A stretch of 62,970 bases of DNA, counting the filler, from Reclinomonas americana ATCC 50394 (taxonomy: Eukaryota), in assembly GCA_048213135.1 (NCBI GenBank). It is 4 parts of 4 records of this genome, joined end to end, with 100 filler letters (N's around TTAATTAATTAA, not from the genome) between each part and the next. Parts side by side here need not be neighbours in the genome. Positions count along the whole stretch, not along the records: positions 1 to 28,711 come from AFZH01017327.1; 3 more parts are not named here. The stretch is one strand, 5' to 3'. This document shows, piece by piece, positions 1 through 12,714 of this stretch (position 1 is its first letter; every line of letters starts with the position of its first letter). Below the pieces are notes generated by a model, which saw only the letters and a program-made list of their open reading frames with translations, ran no database searches and was not told where the DNA came from. Both the position numbers and the translations under genes were made by a program.

Positions 1-64
1 GTACGTACGTACGTACGTAGTACGTAGTACGTACGTAGTAGTACGTACGTACGTACGTGGTAGT

Positions 65-95
<31 letters not shown>

Positions 96-125
96 GGAGG
101 AGAGAGGAGGGGGCGGTGGATTCTC

Positions 126-2017
126 CTACATGTCGCACGCCGGATTGGGGGCCATGGCCCAGGGGGCGGTTTCAAGAGGAATGAGGATGCCGGGCGATGC
201 CAGTACGCCATTCAGCGTGATTTTACCGGTGGCCACATCGAACCCCCACATGACGTGCGGGCGTGTAGACCAGCCGTTGTCTGCGAAGGAGGACGGAGTT
301 TAGCATACAGGAGGAAGGAAAGTGCAAAGTACATCAAGATGAAGCTACTCGTGGCTACACGATCGCGAAAAGCATGCGAGCACCGACCGTATACGTAAGG
401 ATAAACTGGCAACAACAACGGAAGCTAACAGTCTCAGAGGAGAGAGAGCGACTGAAGCACTGCAGATAGTAAGACAAAGAGGTACAAGACGCCATCGAGG
501 CGGCCGTCAGGAAATAGCCTCATCTCCTCGCACTAATCTGCTGCACTGACGATCACCGTCGTTGTGTGATAAGTGAAAGTGGCACCCATCTATCTAGCAG
601 ATACACAGACGGGTGAACGGAATGGGAAAGTTTCGCGACAGTGTGGAACGCATTTCTCAAAATAATGCGAGACATGGTCAATATGCAGCAAGTGCGGAGA
701 AACTGCAACAGTCTTTGCTGCCACTGCAGAAAGCCATGGAGAGAGATGAGGAATGAGAGTGCACGTAAGAGAAGTGACAACTCACTCATGGCACACGTGT
801 AGGCATGCGTGGCGGCTTGGTATGCCTGCATGCAGTGGGGTAATGTGAGCGTCACGCAAGGCATCTACAACAAACCAGCAGACAGACAGGCACGAAACGC
901 AGGCGCTGACGGGAGGGAAACCGTCGCCACTCAAAAAGGTGGTCAGAGGACCGAGCTGAACAGTGGACTCCTGCACACAACCGCGTGAATCAGCACCTGT
1001 ATGATTTCTGCGCAGTACACAGCACAAACCTTTGCCGACAGCTTACCCCAGGTGAACGAGGCTTGGGGGTTCGAATTATAGGGCAACAGGCACAGGAACA
1101 TGATGTCGCCGTCGGTAGAGACACCAAACGAAGTGACGCCCACCGCTTGCGATTGCACTGACTCGGGGAACTGGACGACAAAAATTACAGTAAATCAAGA
1201 GTACATCGGTAATCACGATGCGTGCCCTCACAGACCTGCCACAGCGTGTACTCCTGCGTGTCAGTATTGATGGAGAAGGCATAGTAGGCTCGGGCATAGG
1301 TGTGCACATCCTTAATCACTTCGCACGTGCCGATGAGACGGTCGGCACTGGCGTTGTAGTCGAGCGCGGAGACACGACATCCGAGCCCCTCTTCATCGCG
1401 CAAGTACACCAAACCGGTGAACTTGGCAGTGCCAGCAACAAAATCGAAGCTCACCGAGCCCACACACGAAGCATCATAACCAACGATTTGATTCGCCCAC
1501 ACGGTGTTGGTCTTGGAGTTCACCACAATGCGGTCAATCACGTCGCCTGTCGTCGGGCGGAAAAATGCAAAAGACAGATCAGCAGAGCAGACGGCACAAT
1601 GATCACATACCTCGGTAGAGCACAGTGACATCCCACAGCGGACGCAGTGTGTGGATATCCACTGCCTGCAGCACTTGAGCGCTTGGGTACCAAGTTATTC
1701 CTCGCGTCTGGCTGACCGGCAACAAGTACACTGGCTGTGCCTTGGCCTCGGCCTGCGACAAGGACGACGACGGAGGCGTGTACAACCAAACAGGCAGCTT
1801 TTCGCTTCCCCACGCAAAGAGCGTCTGGAACTCGGAGTAGTCTCGCAGTGGTGGACGGGCAATTTGTGCGCCCTTGGTGAGTTTGCCGGTGGCAGGGTCG
1901 AGGTAGTTGAAGGCAGTGAAGTTGTAGGTGGGGGTGGCAGAACGATCGGGCCGCGTTTCGCTGATGAGGACCAGCGAGGTGGCACTACATCACGGAGAAA
2001 TGAGAGGGAATGCACCG

Positions 2018-2051
<34 letters not shown>

Positions 2052-2284
2052 AAAAGTTGCCGCAACGGTGTGCAGGCAGTGTGTGGCTCCACTTGGAGAG
2101 ACGAGCGGCGTGCTCGCATGCGCAGCACGGGTTCCGCGTGACCAAAGAGTGGGAGAGAGAGGAAATCCTCGTCGGTCTCACGCACGACTGGGTTGGGTGA
2201 GGTGCACGCAGCAAGCGTGCACAGGAACAGGAGAGTGGTACAGAGGAGTGAGAGGAAGACGACGCCGAGATGAGGGCGGATCAT
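126..2284 (-). CDS. Secreted, beta-rich (possibly beta-propeller) protein of unknown function, multi-exon
   Basis: N-terminal signal peptide MIRPHLGVVFLSLLCTTLLFLCTLAA. GT-AG-bounded exons join in frame (e.g. YNFTAFNYLDPATGKLTKG, VVNSKTNTVWAN, ALDYNASADRLIG, WGFDVATGKIT), and these segments resemble propeller blades. Middle exons between about 300 and 900 are not fully resolved. Confidence 0.55.
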
Positions 2285-2424
2285 GGTCGCGTAAAGTTAG
2301 ACCAAATGGCTTTGCGCAGATACGTAAGACTTCGAACTGGCAGGTGTTTGTCATGCACGTGATCGAAGTGCACGTCAACCGAAGAATGCTCAACCAAACA
2401 AACAAACAGCGTTGTCGTATATGA

Positions 2425-3421
2425 TCAAGCGGCTGCTGGCATCTTGCTGTGCTGGCACCATTCGGGGGCGTTCGTTTTCCAGAACACCATGGGCGTGTCG
2501 CGCAGCCAGGGGTACTGTGCGCCGGCGCGTAGGTGGTTGCTGGCTGGGATGTCGAGCCTGTAGCCCTTGGCTTCGACGCGATCGACCACGTACTGGTTCG
2601 TCCGCTCGTTGAAGTGGCCGTGACCGCCTTGGCCGGGAATCGCCCACGACAGCACGATTCCGCACGTGTTGTGGCGGTGCAGGTTGTCGATGAAGGTCTC
2701 CTCGAACTGTGGTGGCAGGTGCTCCGCCACCTCCAGCGACATCACCCAGTCAAAGGGTCCGTCGCTCAGTGCCAGTGGCGCCGACAGTTCGGCCCAGCGC
2801 ACAGCTCCGTTCGTGTACTGCTCGACGTTGAGCGAGCCCTCAATGGCGGTGTAGCGAATGTTGCCGCCGTGCGTACGCCAGTAGAGCCCGTACTGCGCAC
2901 ACATGCAGCACCGATGAATGACAACGACGCAGCGATTACACAGAAACGCGTCGGAATTTGGTGTGAAGCACCTGTCCGAGGCCAGCACCTGCATCGAGCA
3001 CAGAGCGGCCCTCGAAGAAGGTGAGCAGGTTGTGCGCCACATACGAGTCCACTGGCAAGTGCAACTTGGCCATGGGAAAGCCCGCCTGCGCGGTAAACTC
3101 GGGATACTGGTCCTCGGTCGGCCTCTCAAGACACCAGAAGCCGCTTTCGAAAACAGCCGGATACTCAATGTCAGGTCGACAGAACGAGCGCACAATCACA
3201 GCGCGCAGTGCCCGCTCGTTGGCCTCCATCTCGTCCAATCGACGGTGGAGGCGCTGAACGACGGAGAGCAGGGCGCTCTCGCTGGTGGCAGAGTGGATGC
3301 TCCCTGCAAGGAGAGAGTGAGGGGCGATGCGCGTCACTTCTCTGTTCACTCACTCACTCACCATCGACGAGGAGGGGCCTCTGTGATCCAAGGCCACCTG
3401 CGCACACTGTGAGTGATCTAC

Positions 3422-3478
<57 letters not shown>

Positions 3479-3586
3479 ATTCTCACCTGCAGTCTCTTGT
3501 GCGATGACATGGCATGCGAGGAGCAACAGCAGCAGCAGCAGCGACGATAATGAGGGTACACGTGCTGGTCGCTCGCAGGAGTGCAT
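2425..3586 (-). CDS. Class I SAM-dependent methyltransferase with N-terminal signal/anchor peptide
   Basis: Motif I SVLDAGAGLGQY, FDWVMSLEVAEHL and GIVLSWAIPGQGGHGHFNE; hydrophobic N-terminus SLSSLLLLLLLLACHVIA; short coiled-coil (LHRRLDEMEANERALRA). Confidence 0.8.
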
Positions 3587-3766
3587 CGTTGTATTTAGTT
3601 GTATTGAGTTGATTCGTCGGATCAAGGACCACTTGTTTTGATCGCTATTATGAACACCACACACTGTACAACAGCAGGCCATCATGGCGAGGCTTGGCGA
3701 GTCCTTCCGATCGCGCGCTTTTACCAACAGTACAAGTACTCACTTCCCAGGCAATCTGCAACCTAA

Positions 3767-6327
3767 CTACCAATCCGAGCCAGACGAATGACCCTTGTCG
3801 CTCTCCTCTTCCGATGAGTGGTCCACTCTCGTATTCCGAAACTGCGACAAGCAAAGCGCACTGTCAAAACCTCTTGTCTCCCACAGTTGCTCTCTCGCTC
3901 CGCAACTCTTTCTGCAAGTTGAGCGGCAACAGAAGTCGTGTCCACTGCTGGCTTGTACTTCTCCGGCTTGCCCACCGGTCGCAGCATCCCTCCTTTGACA
4001 ATGTCCAGAAGCAGATTGGCTCGTGAATTGGTTGGGCGAAGCGGTGCTGTGCCAACAGGTCGTCCTTGTCAGTAGCAGTGCCTCAAACCAAACACCTACA
4101 CACATGCACAACCCACCAGGTTCATCGTGCGGTTCCACCGGCGACGGAACAAAGTCCTGCGGAAGCGGATCGCGCGAGATATCAAACACAACCCGAGGTG
4201 TCAACACTTGGGTTGGTGAAAGCGCTGGCTCCACCGGCGACGGCTCTGGTGCTGGAGCTTCATCAAATACATTAGCCGGTGGCGCTGCATGAATGCAATA
4301 AGGATTGCGAAACTGCGATCAGAGAAGCAGCATACGACAAGGCAAACGCACAGAATTGGCCAGCGCCGGGGGTCGGCGGTTCGTCTTGGCGCAGACGACG
4401 AATGGCTTCCAGGAGCTTCGCCCGCTCCTGCTGTTGCGTCGGCAGCACTGTCCTCGCAACGAGAGTCAGGGGGATGCGAGTCCGAGTGGCTAAGATGGCA
4501 ATTTCAACTCACCAACAACAGGACGCAGAGGCAGTACAGGAGGCATGGGAGCAGGGGGAATGGGCATCGGCACCAAAGGAGAATGGTCGATAGAGCGGCC
4601 GGTATTATGTGAGTCATCGTGCAGCGGCTCCGGTTGAGGTACTTCGGTGTCTTCCTCTGCCTCCTCGTCTTCCGGCTGCACAGGCTCTGGCCGCACAGGC
4701 TCCGGCCGCACAGGTCCTGGACGCACAGGCTCCGGTCGCATGGATTCTTGATGCACAGGCTCTACCTGCGCAGGCGCCACGTGGGCCACCGTCACCGGCG
4801 ATGATTCCACGACCGCAGTATACAGGGGCCCATTCACGGACAGCGGAGCCAGTCGCATCTGCGACGCCAGGTTCTCGACCGAGCCCAGAGTCGACGGCAG
4901 CACCACTGGCACGGAGGTAGGTGAGCATCATCAACCAAATAACATCACAGACACCAATCACGCAACGAGGTGCAGGAGCAGAGGGCGCCGACAAGAACGC
5001 GTTGGCCAACGAGTGCGCACTGGCGGCCGCCGGTGATCTGGTGGACGTTGGGTGACCCGAATCGTGGCGAAGCAGGTGCGACTCTCGATGCAACGGGGGC
5101 ACAGCGCGCCGATTGGGCGACAGGGGAACCGCCGCTCGAGCATCCGCCTACCCCTTGGTCAGCATCGCACACAGTGGAAGCATCGCACAGAAACACACAA
5201 CAAACCCGCTGCTTCTGTCGCGTCTCACGATCACGCTGTCGTGCCTCTGCCGACGCCTCACGCGTCTGCACCCACTCGCTCGCAAAGTACGTCTTGTCGG
5301 TGTACCGCTGCAGGTTCGAGGTCATCCCCGGCGGCAGTCGCACAAACGCGTCCAGCGCATCCACCGGCGGCCTGCGCAACAAGAACCACCAATCAGGCGA
5401 CAAGACAGCAGCAGCGTTACACAACAACAACAACAACAACAACGCAACGGTCGCTCGGCATTGTTCACGGCGCTGTTGGCCAGTGTCGACTGCGTGTCAT
5501 TGACAAACGTCTGCGACACATCGAAAGCCGTCGACTGGAACTCTTGCCCTGTGGATAGAGTGTGGCGTGTCAGACAACAACCACAGCTTACGCCAGACAG
5601 GCACACGCAGAACTCTTGGCCACGTGCAGTCTCTGAGGGGCCACCAGAGGCACAGTGGCTGCGGCCACGTGTGAGGCATGCACCGCTCGTGTGGCTCGCT
5701 CGGACAGTGCGCTCAGTCGCTGCTGAGTCTCCTCCGCCACATGCAGCAGCTCGCGGAAGCTGCGGGCCCCCGAGTGAGAAGGAGAGAGAGAGAGAGTAAG
5801 GTGAGGGAGAGAGAAGGGAGGGACGCAACAGGCTGCCTGCATAGACGGCCAGCTCGTTGAGTTGTTGTTCCACGCCAATCATCTTGCACACATGAGAGAG
5901 TTTGTGTCGAGCCTGTGAACAGTGTGAGAGAGTGAGTCGAAGGGGAAGGGAGTGAGAGAGGGGAAGAGAGGGGAGGAGAAGGAGAAGGGAAGCGTGTTCT
6001 GTTTTCTCAGATCCCTTCATCTCATCTCAGATCCCTTCATCTCATCTCAGATCCCTTCATCTCATCTCTCCTTCTTCTCTCATTCTCCGCGCAACTTGTG
6101 AGCTCGTGTGCTGCTCCAACAGAGTGGCGAGTGATCGCTGAGGACCTCCGCGTCGTTGGAAAAGAGGGTCGCTCTCGGGCTGCGGAGAAACACGCCAGTC
6201 AGTAAAGCTGAGAGCAGAAACACACACAGACTCCACTCTCTTTCTCTCACACAGTGAGAGTGAAGACAAGAGACGTAACGAGACCGATCTTGACAGGATC
6301 CTCGATCACTTGGCGCACAAGCGACAT
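3767..6327 (-). CDS. WASF: SCAR/WAVE family Arp2/3 activator
   Basis: Spliced N-terminus MSLVRQVIEDP...EQQLNELAVYAGSLFRELLHVAEETQQRLSALSERA and ERPPPVDALDAF...QRYTDKTYFASEW match the SCAR homology domain. It is followed by a basic region, a Pro-rich middle, WH2-like LLDIVKGGMLRPV, central TSVAAQLAERVA and an acidic end SSEEESDKGHSSGSDW*. Confidence 0.8.
6006..6065. repeat. Exact 20-bp tandem repeat x3 (ctcagatcccttcatctcat), intronic in the WAVE gene
   Basis: Three perfect copies read directly from the sequence. Confidence 0.9.
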
Positions 6328-6522
6328 GATGAAAGGAAAACGAGTGGCGGACAGACTGACAACAAATCGATCATAGATCGTCAGACGTTCTTACAAGTAA
6401 ACCACATACGTTCATTGTCTTTCTCTTCCCTCCTCCTCCTCCTCCTCCTTATCCCACTCTCCACCTTGCACCTAACGAGTTACAGCTTCTCATTCTCTCC
6501 TTCGCCCCTCCTCTTTTTCGCC

Positions 6523-9500
6523 TTATGGTTCTGTGCCGCCAAAGCTGAAGCCACCGCCTCGTACTCGTGATGCGCCGAGCGGATGTTGCACCTTCAGGTC
6601 GGGCATCTCCTGCGAGGCGCCCTTGTCGCGCTGCATGTGCTCTCTCCGCTTCTGCTCGTAGTACTTCTTCTTGACATCCTGCATCTCCCTCGACAGTCGC
6701 TCGATTTCGAACTTGTACTCGTTGACTTGCGCCTGTCAATAGCCAAGCCAGTGAGTGAGGCTGCCACACACACTTCCCCTAATCCATCATCATCACACGC
6801 ACCTGGAACATGTTGAGTTCGGCGGCCATCGACTTCATCTGGTGCGTCTTCTCCTTGAGTGTGGACTGGTAGACGTTGAGCTGCTCGGCCACCTCCGGAC
6901 CGGGTTGGCGCGCCAGAATCTTCTTGAGCTCCACATACAGCTTCTCCTTCTCCTGGATCAGCATGTCCTTCTCGACCACCTCCTCGGTCTTCGCAATCAG
7001 GCGCTTTTGCAGCGTCTGAATCTTCTGGATCATCTCGAACGTCGATGGATCCGAGCCCTCCAGCTTGCGCCAGCGGTGCACGTTGAGCGGGTTGTCGAGC
7101 TCCTCTGAGAGGGCGCGCACACGGCCGCGCTCCTCGCGGAGCTCCTTTTGCAGTTGCACGACCTCGCGCTTCAGCTTGTCCACGTTGGAGACCGAGGCCT
7201 TGAGGATGTGCAACTCGCGGCGCAGCTCGTTGATCTTGCGCTTGAGGATCTTGATGTCGGTGAGACGGTTCGAGTACTGGATCTCGCCCTTGTTCAGCGT
7301 CGACTGTTGGATGCGGATCTTTTCGTACAGCAGCGCCAGCTCGTCATTTCTCCGAATCAGCTGCGTGCCGAGAATGTCACGCTCGTCCAGCACAATCTGC
7401 AATCGCGCGGCAAATGGTGAGCTTCACAGGAGGGCGAAAAGAGGGGAGGAGAAGGGGAGAGAGGGGTACACACCTCGTACTGCTTCTTCTGGCGCACGCG
7501 ATCGCGCTCGGCGTCGTGGATAATCGTCTGCAGGTTCTGGATTTCGGCCTTGTAGTTCTTGATGGAGGTTTCGGCGGCCTCCAGTTGCATCTTCAGGCGC
7601 AGCGTGTCGGCCATGAAGCCCTCCTTCTCCTTCTCGATCTTCAGCACCTGGAATTTCTCCTCGGCCAAAACTGCGCAGGGGGTGGAGGGAATGGTGAGCG
7701 GGAGGGGGAAGCACGCGACAATAGCAAGTATTCCCCGCCAAGCATGACAAGCATATCGATGCAGAAGCGAAAGCCCCAGAGTAGAATAGAGCGTGGAAGA
7801 AGCAAGCACACTCTCCCTCTTTCTCTCACGCATACAAGTCACCAAAAAGGCAGAGAAATATGAGAAAGAAACGCAAACAGACACACACACACACACAAAA
7901 ATCACAGAAAACTCGGGAAACGATGAGAACGACACACAAGCAGACACTCTCGCTCCCTCTTCAAGTGTAGTGCAGAAGGCTTATCCACATCAATCCCCTC
8001 ATCATCAAGATCAAAGACGGTGGAGACACACTCCCCTCACACTACACTCGTTCTGCAAGTCAAGCAAGAAGTGAACACAACTTTTTCCACACACACACAC
8101 ACACACTCATCCCACAGAACGACAACAATCCAAACTCAAAAATAAAGGTATAACTCTCCTTCATCTCTCAACTACGACAAAACAGAGCAACACAGAAGCA
8201 TCCACATGCACACTCTTCCTCGTTCCACAAGTCAAGAAGAAAGAGGAGAGCCCAGACTTTTCAAACACACACACACTAAGAAAAAGAAGGAAGAAACTCT
8301 CTTCCATCTCGTACTTCAAGAAGCAACACACACACACACCCCTCCTCATTACACATAACCACACAAATAAAGCGAAACCCCCTCTTTTCATCATGCCAAC
8401 AAGAACAGAAGCACACACTTCTCATACTACCACAGAACGACACCAATCAAGTGAAACCCCCTCTTTTCATCTTGTTCAGAAGGACAGAAGCACACACACT
8501 ACTCATAATTCCACAAACGACAACAATCTCAAGTCAACAAGAAGAGAACTCTGCTCATTTCATCACAAAACAAAGAGAAGCAACGGAAACATACACACAC
8601 GCGCGCGCACTCTCTCTCCCTCTTCCTCATTCCACAAAAGAGAAGAACCCTCACTTTACAAACACATACACTTGTAACCTCATTCCACAATTCGAAGTCA
8701 AGAAAAAAGAGAAACAACCACTTCCTCATTCTCCAAGATATGAATCTCCTCTCCTTCTTTCCCTTGCCCCCTCCCTTCCCCTTAACACCCCCTTGCCTTC
8801 CCCTCCCCGCACGCAACTCTTCTCCTTCGCGGCAATCTCATCCTTCAGCTGCTCAATCTGGTGGTTCATGATCTTGAACTTCTGGTGCAGCTCGGCAATC
8901 TCATCCTGCGCCTCGAGCAACTGCTTGCTGTACAAGTTGCGATCGGAGCGTACGGACTCGTAGAGAGCCTGCTGGTTCTTGAGCTTGACCTCGGACTCGG
9001 CAATGATCTTTTGCAGATCGAGAATCTCCATGTTGCGCATCTTGACGCGTTCCAGCGCTTTCTGTGCGTCCTCATGCGCACGCGAGGCCTCCTCAGCGTA
9101 CTTGTCCTTTTGCCGCTCCAGCTCGTTAATCTCGCGATTCAGCTGCATTGGGTGTCAGCACATGTGTGGCACACGACCTACAAACAAGTGGCGCTCTCTC
9201 CCGCAAAATCACCTGATGTAACGCCTGTCGATAGCCGCTCATCTCCTGCTCCATGTTCTTCTGGCGGCCCTCGGCAATCTTGATCGACGACTGTTGCTGT
9301 TGCGACTGGAACTCGCTCTTCAGCAAGTTCTTGTAGAGGATCTCCTTCTCGCGGTTGTACTCGGCGATCGTGCGCAGCGACTCCTGCAGCTTCTTCTTGG
9401 AGGCACCCAGTTCCTGATCTGCCGTCTCAATGCTGGCCTGCGCGTGAAAGGAACATTTTTCAGCAACGACAATCCCTTCCTCCTCAGCCCTCCCCCTCTC

Positions 9501-10813
9501 CTCTCTCCGCAACTCTCAGTTCGTGGTTCTCCTCCTCGATTTGCCGCTTGGCCGCCTCCAGCGCCTCGACCTTCTTCTTCAGGCCCTCGCTGACCTTGGC
9601 CACCTGCGCCTGTGTCCGCTTGACCTTGCTGATCTCCTCCTCCTTGACGCCCAACTGCGCCTGCATGTCCGAGTTCTGGGCCTGCAGGGTGGCGTTGTTG
9701 GAGATCTGGTTGTTCAGCTCGCCCTCGCGCTGCGACACGCGTTCCGTGGCGTCCTCGAGTTCACGAATCAGGCGTTCCGAGCGCAGCCTCTCGTCGGCCA
9801 CCTCGTCCTCCAGCTTCTTGATGATCTCCTGCTGACGGCCAATCTCGGCCTGCTTGCCGCCGACCTCGCCGGTTTGCACCTCAATCTGCTTGCGCAACTC
9901 CTTGATCATCTTCTCGTAGGTGGCCTTGCGGTTGTTCTGCACGTCGAGCTCGGCCAGCTGCTCATCATACTTCATGCGCAGCCGCGACACCTCGCTCTCC
10001 TTCTCCAGCTTCTCGTCCTCCAGCTGACGAATGCGCGAGCGCAGATCCACCGACTCCTTGCGCAGCGTGGCAATGAGCTGGTTCTGCGAGTCACGCTCCT
10101 CCGTCAACTCGGTCTTCACGCGCAGCAACTCGTTGACAGTGCTCTCCTGCCCCGCCGACAGATCCGCTCCCTTGCCCACGAGCTGCGACAGATGCTGAAT
10201 CTGCTGTTTCAGGTTCTGCACCGTCTCCTTGGCTCGCAGCTCACGCTCGTGCGCCGCCTCGTACATTCTCCACGCCTTGTCAATCTCCTGTGTATCGGAC
10301 ACACGCGATTTCAGATCATGATGCTCAAACGAGTTGCGTGTGTGTGAGGTGAATGACCTTTTGGAGAGCGGCAATGGTGTTCTGGTCATCCTGCGAGAGC
10401 TTGAGCGCCGTGTGTACCTTGGCGGCGTTGGCGACAATCTCCGAGTTGAGATCGTTGCACTTTTTGATCAGTCGCTTCTCCGACTCGCGCGACTTGCGCA
10501 GCGCCCGATGCAGCTTCTCATACTCAATGCGGAACTTCTCCAACGACTCGTCGCCAGAGAGCTCATTCAGCACCTGTGTGTGTGAGAGAGGGAGAGGGCG
10601 TGAGTGTGTGTGAGGCATGTCGTGTGGGGTTTGTGTGTGTGTGTAAACCTCTTGAAAGTCACGTTCAAGTGCCTCAAACGCGCCCTTACTGATCGCTCCA
10701 TCGTCGCCAACATCCGCTTTTTTCTGTGCGCGTGCACTGTGTTGTGAGTGGCCACACACACACACTCACACAGACAAGAGAGAGAGACAAACCGCGGCAG
10801 AAGTGTCGGCCAT
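6523..10813 (-). CDS. CFAP58: Cilia- and flagella-associated protein 58
   Basis: Highly conserved segments AFEALERDFQEVLNELSGDESLEKFRIEYEKLHRAL, YESVRSDRNLYSKQLLEAQDEI, ERDILGTQLIRRNDELALLYEKI, NPLNVHRWRKLEGSDP and LARQPGPE, with C-terminal GGGF. Confidence 0.95.
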
Positions 10814-10911
10814 TGCACCGCTCTCCCAATGTGCGCGATCAACAGAAGTAACTGCCAAGGAATGAGTCACCGGTGGCAATTGTCCACACGTTGTTTTTTT
10901 CTAATACACAA

Positions 10912-12593
10912 ATGGACGAGCTGCGTGCGCGCTACCATGCGTGTGGCGAGGCCGAGTACGCACTGGACACGGTGATGTCAACGGTGGCCGATGGACTGAG
11001 CGAGTTGTTAAATATCATGCGCGCGTCGGGTGATGAGAGCGGGCAGCTGGAGGGCTTTCGTCCCGTGGAGTGGCTGGCGCGCTTCCTCAAGTCGCGAAGT
11101 GCGAGGGCGCGACGTGCGGCAGCGTCGCTAGCGCGGGCGTCGGCAGGACGCCGGCGGGAGAGCAAAGAGTTGGAGAAGATTGCGCTGTTGCGTCGCAAGT
11201 TTCAGGCGTCGTTGCAGGCGGATCGAAGGACGCCTGAGGGGCAGTGGACGCGTCCAGTCGTGCAGACGCGCAATGAGCAGTTGGCGCAGGAGCTGGAGGA
11301 GTGGGAGGATGTGTTGACCGATGTCAGGAGCGCGTCAGGCGCATTGGTGAGAGACTCGCATTCGCTCACTTATTGTCTCTCTCTCTCGCCTCCTCACACC
11401 ATTTCTTTCTGCTAGTTCGATGGCGCGATTCGCAGCTCCGTGTACCTGCCACCAGTGGTGGTGGCCGACGATCAGCACCCGCGGATGCAGGAGTTGTACG
11501 CTGGGCAGGCGCAGACACGACGAGACTTGCGCGCCAAGCATGCGAACGAGGAGACGGTGAGCGAGAGCGACGCGTATGATCGCTGCGCACGAGAGAGAGG
11601 CTGATCTTTGTGTAACGGTGTGTAGGGGCTGCGTGCCGAGGCCAAGGAGTCGATGGAGCATCAGTTGGCCATGTTCGAGAAGCGATACAGTACGTTTCGC
11701 ACGCAGGTGCGCAAGACGCACGAGGTGTACCCGTTGGAGGAGCAGGCGAACAAGAAGGCGCTGAGTGCGCTCAACTCGCTGGTCGACGCCGATCATGATA
11801 TCGATCGGCAAGTGATTGTGGCGGAGTGCGAAAAGGCGCTGGAGGCGGCGCTGTTGGCGTTGCGGAACGAGCAGGCCATGGAGAATGAGGATTGCCAGGC
11901 GTTTTGTGAGCGCGAGCGGCTGCAGTTGCTGCATGAGCTGCGCGTGTCGGCCGAGAAGCAGGTTTGTCTGCAGAGTGGCGAGTGAGGTGAAGGGGTTTCA
12001 TCGCTCACTCTTCTCGTCGCTAGGCCATTGGAGAGGCTCTGCAAAGAGGCGATTTGCGCATCGAGAGCGTGCTGGAGACGATCGAGGCCATGCTGCGTCC
12101 GCGCCACGTGCGGCAACGGGAGGAGATGGACTCGTTGCATCGGAGCTCACTAGCGCGCTCGTTGGAGTTGGCGAGAAAAGAGTTTTACGAGCAGCACTCG
12201 GGCGACAATGCCGACGCAGTGGAGCAGTGGTGGCAGGAGGAGCAGCAGCGATTGACGGTGGAGACTGACGAGTATGATCACTACGAGCGGCTGACGCTAC
12301 AGCTGCGACAAAAGACGGAGATTGCCGAGTACCTCGACAGCTGCTTCCCACCAGTTTCGTATTTCCTGTTTGCTCCTGTCCCTTCTCGTTCCTCATCCTC
12401 ATCATCCATGTGTTAGGACAACGAGCTGGGAGTGGGCGAGCCAGGCACACCCATGGAGGCCATTCTACAACGCTCGCAGCAGGTGGCACTGGAAGACATG
12501 CCACAGCTGTCGCTGGACTCGGCACGAGTACGCCACTTGCCCGACGACACCACCTATCTCGACTCGAGTCGAAGCGTAACCTTTGCGCAATGA
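10912..12593 (+). CDS. Coiled-coil protein with an N-terminal Dpy-30/RIIa-like helical motif, unknown function
   Basis: Open exons with heptad-rich E/Q/R sequence; N-terminal VADGLSELL...FRPVEWLARFLK; GT-AG introns join in frame to a TGA stop at 12591-12593. Confidence 0.6.
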
Positions 12594-12714
12594 AACACGC
12601 ACACGTGCATTGCTACTGTACGAATCTCTCAAGTCACGCGCAATCTGCAACACCAGCTTACACTGTTGTTGTGGTTCAGATTGTAGGTGTTTTTGATGGT
12701 AGCAGTGGTATTGC

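Noticed and set aside
1..97. gtac/tacg repeats and poly-G at the window start; similar text beside each gap (28812-28861, 54449-54573, 54674-54760, 60763-60863)
   Set aside because: Looks like pyrosequencing flow-order (TACG) noise at contig ends after microsatellites, not biological sequence.
10845..10870. Possible RFX X-box in the CFAP58 promoter
   Set aside because: Match to GTNRCC-N-RGYAAC is too weak to support.
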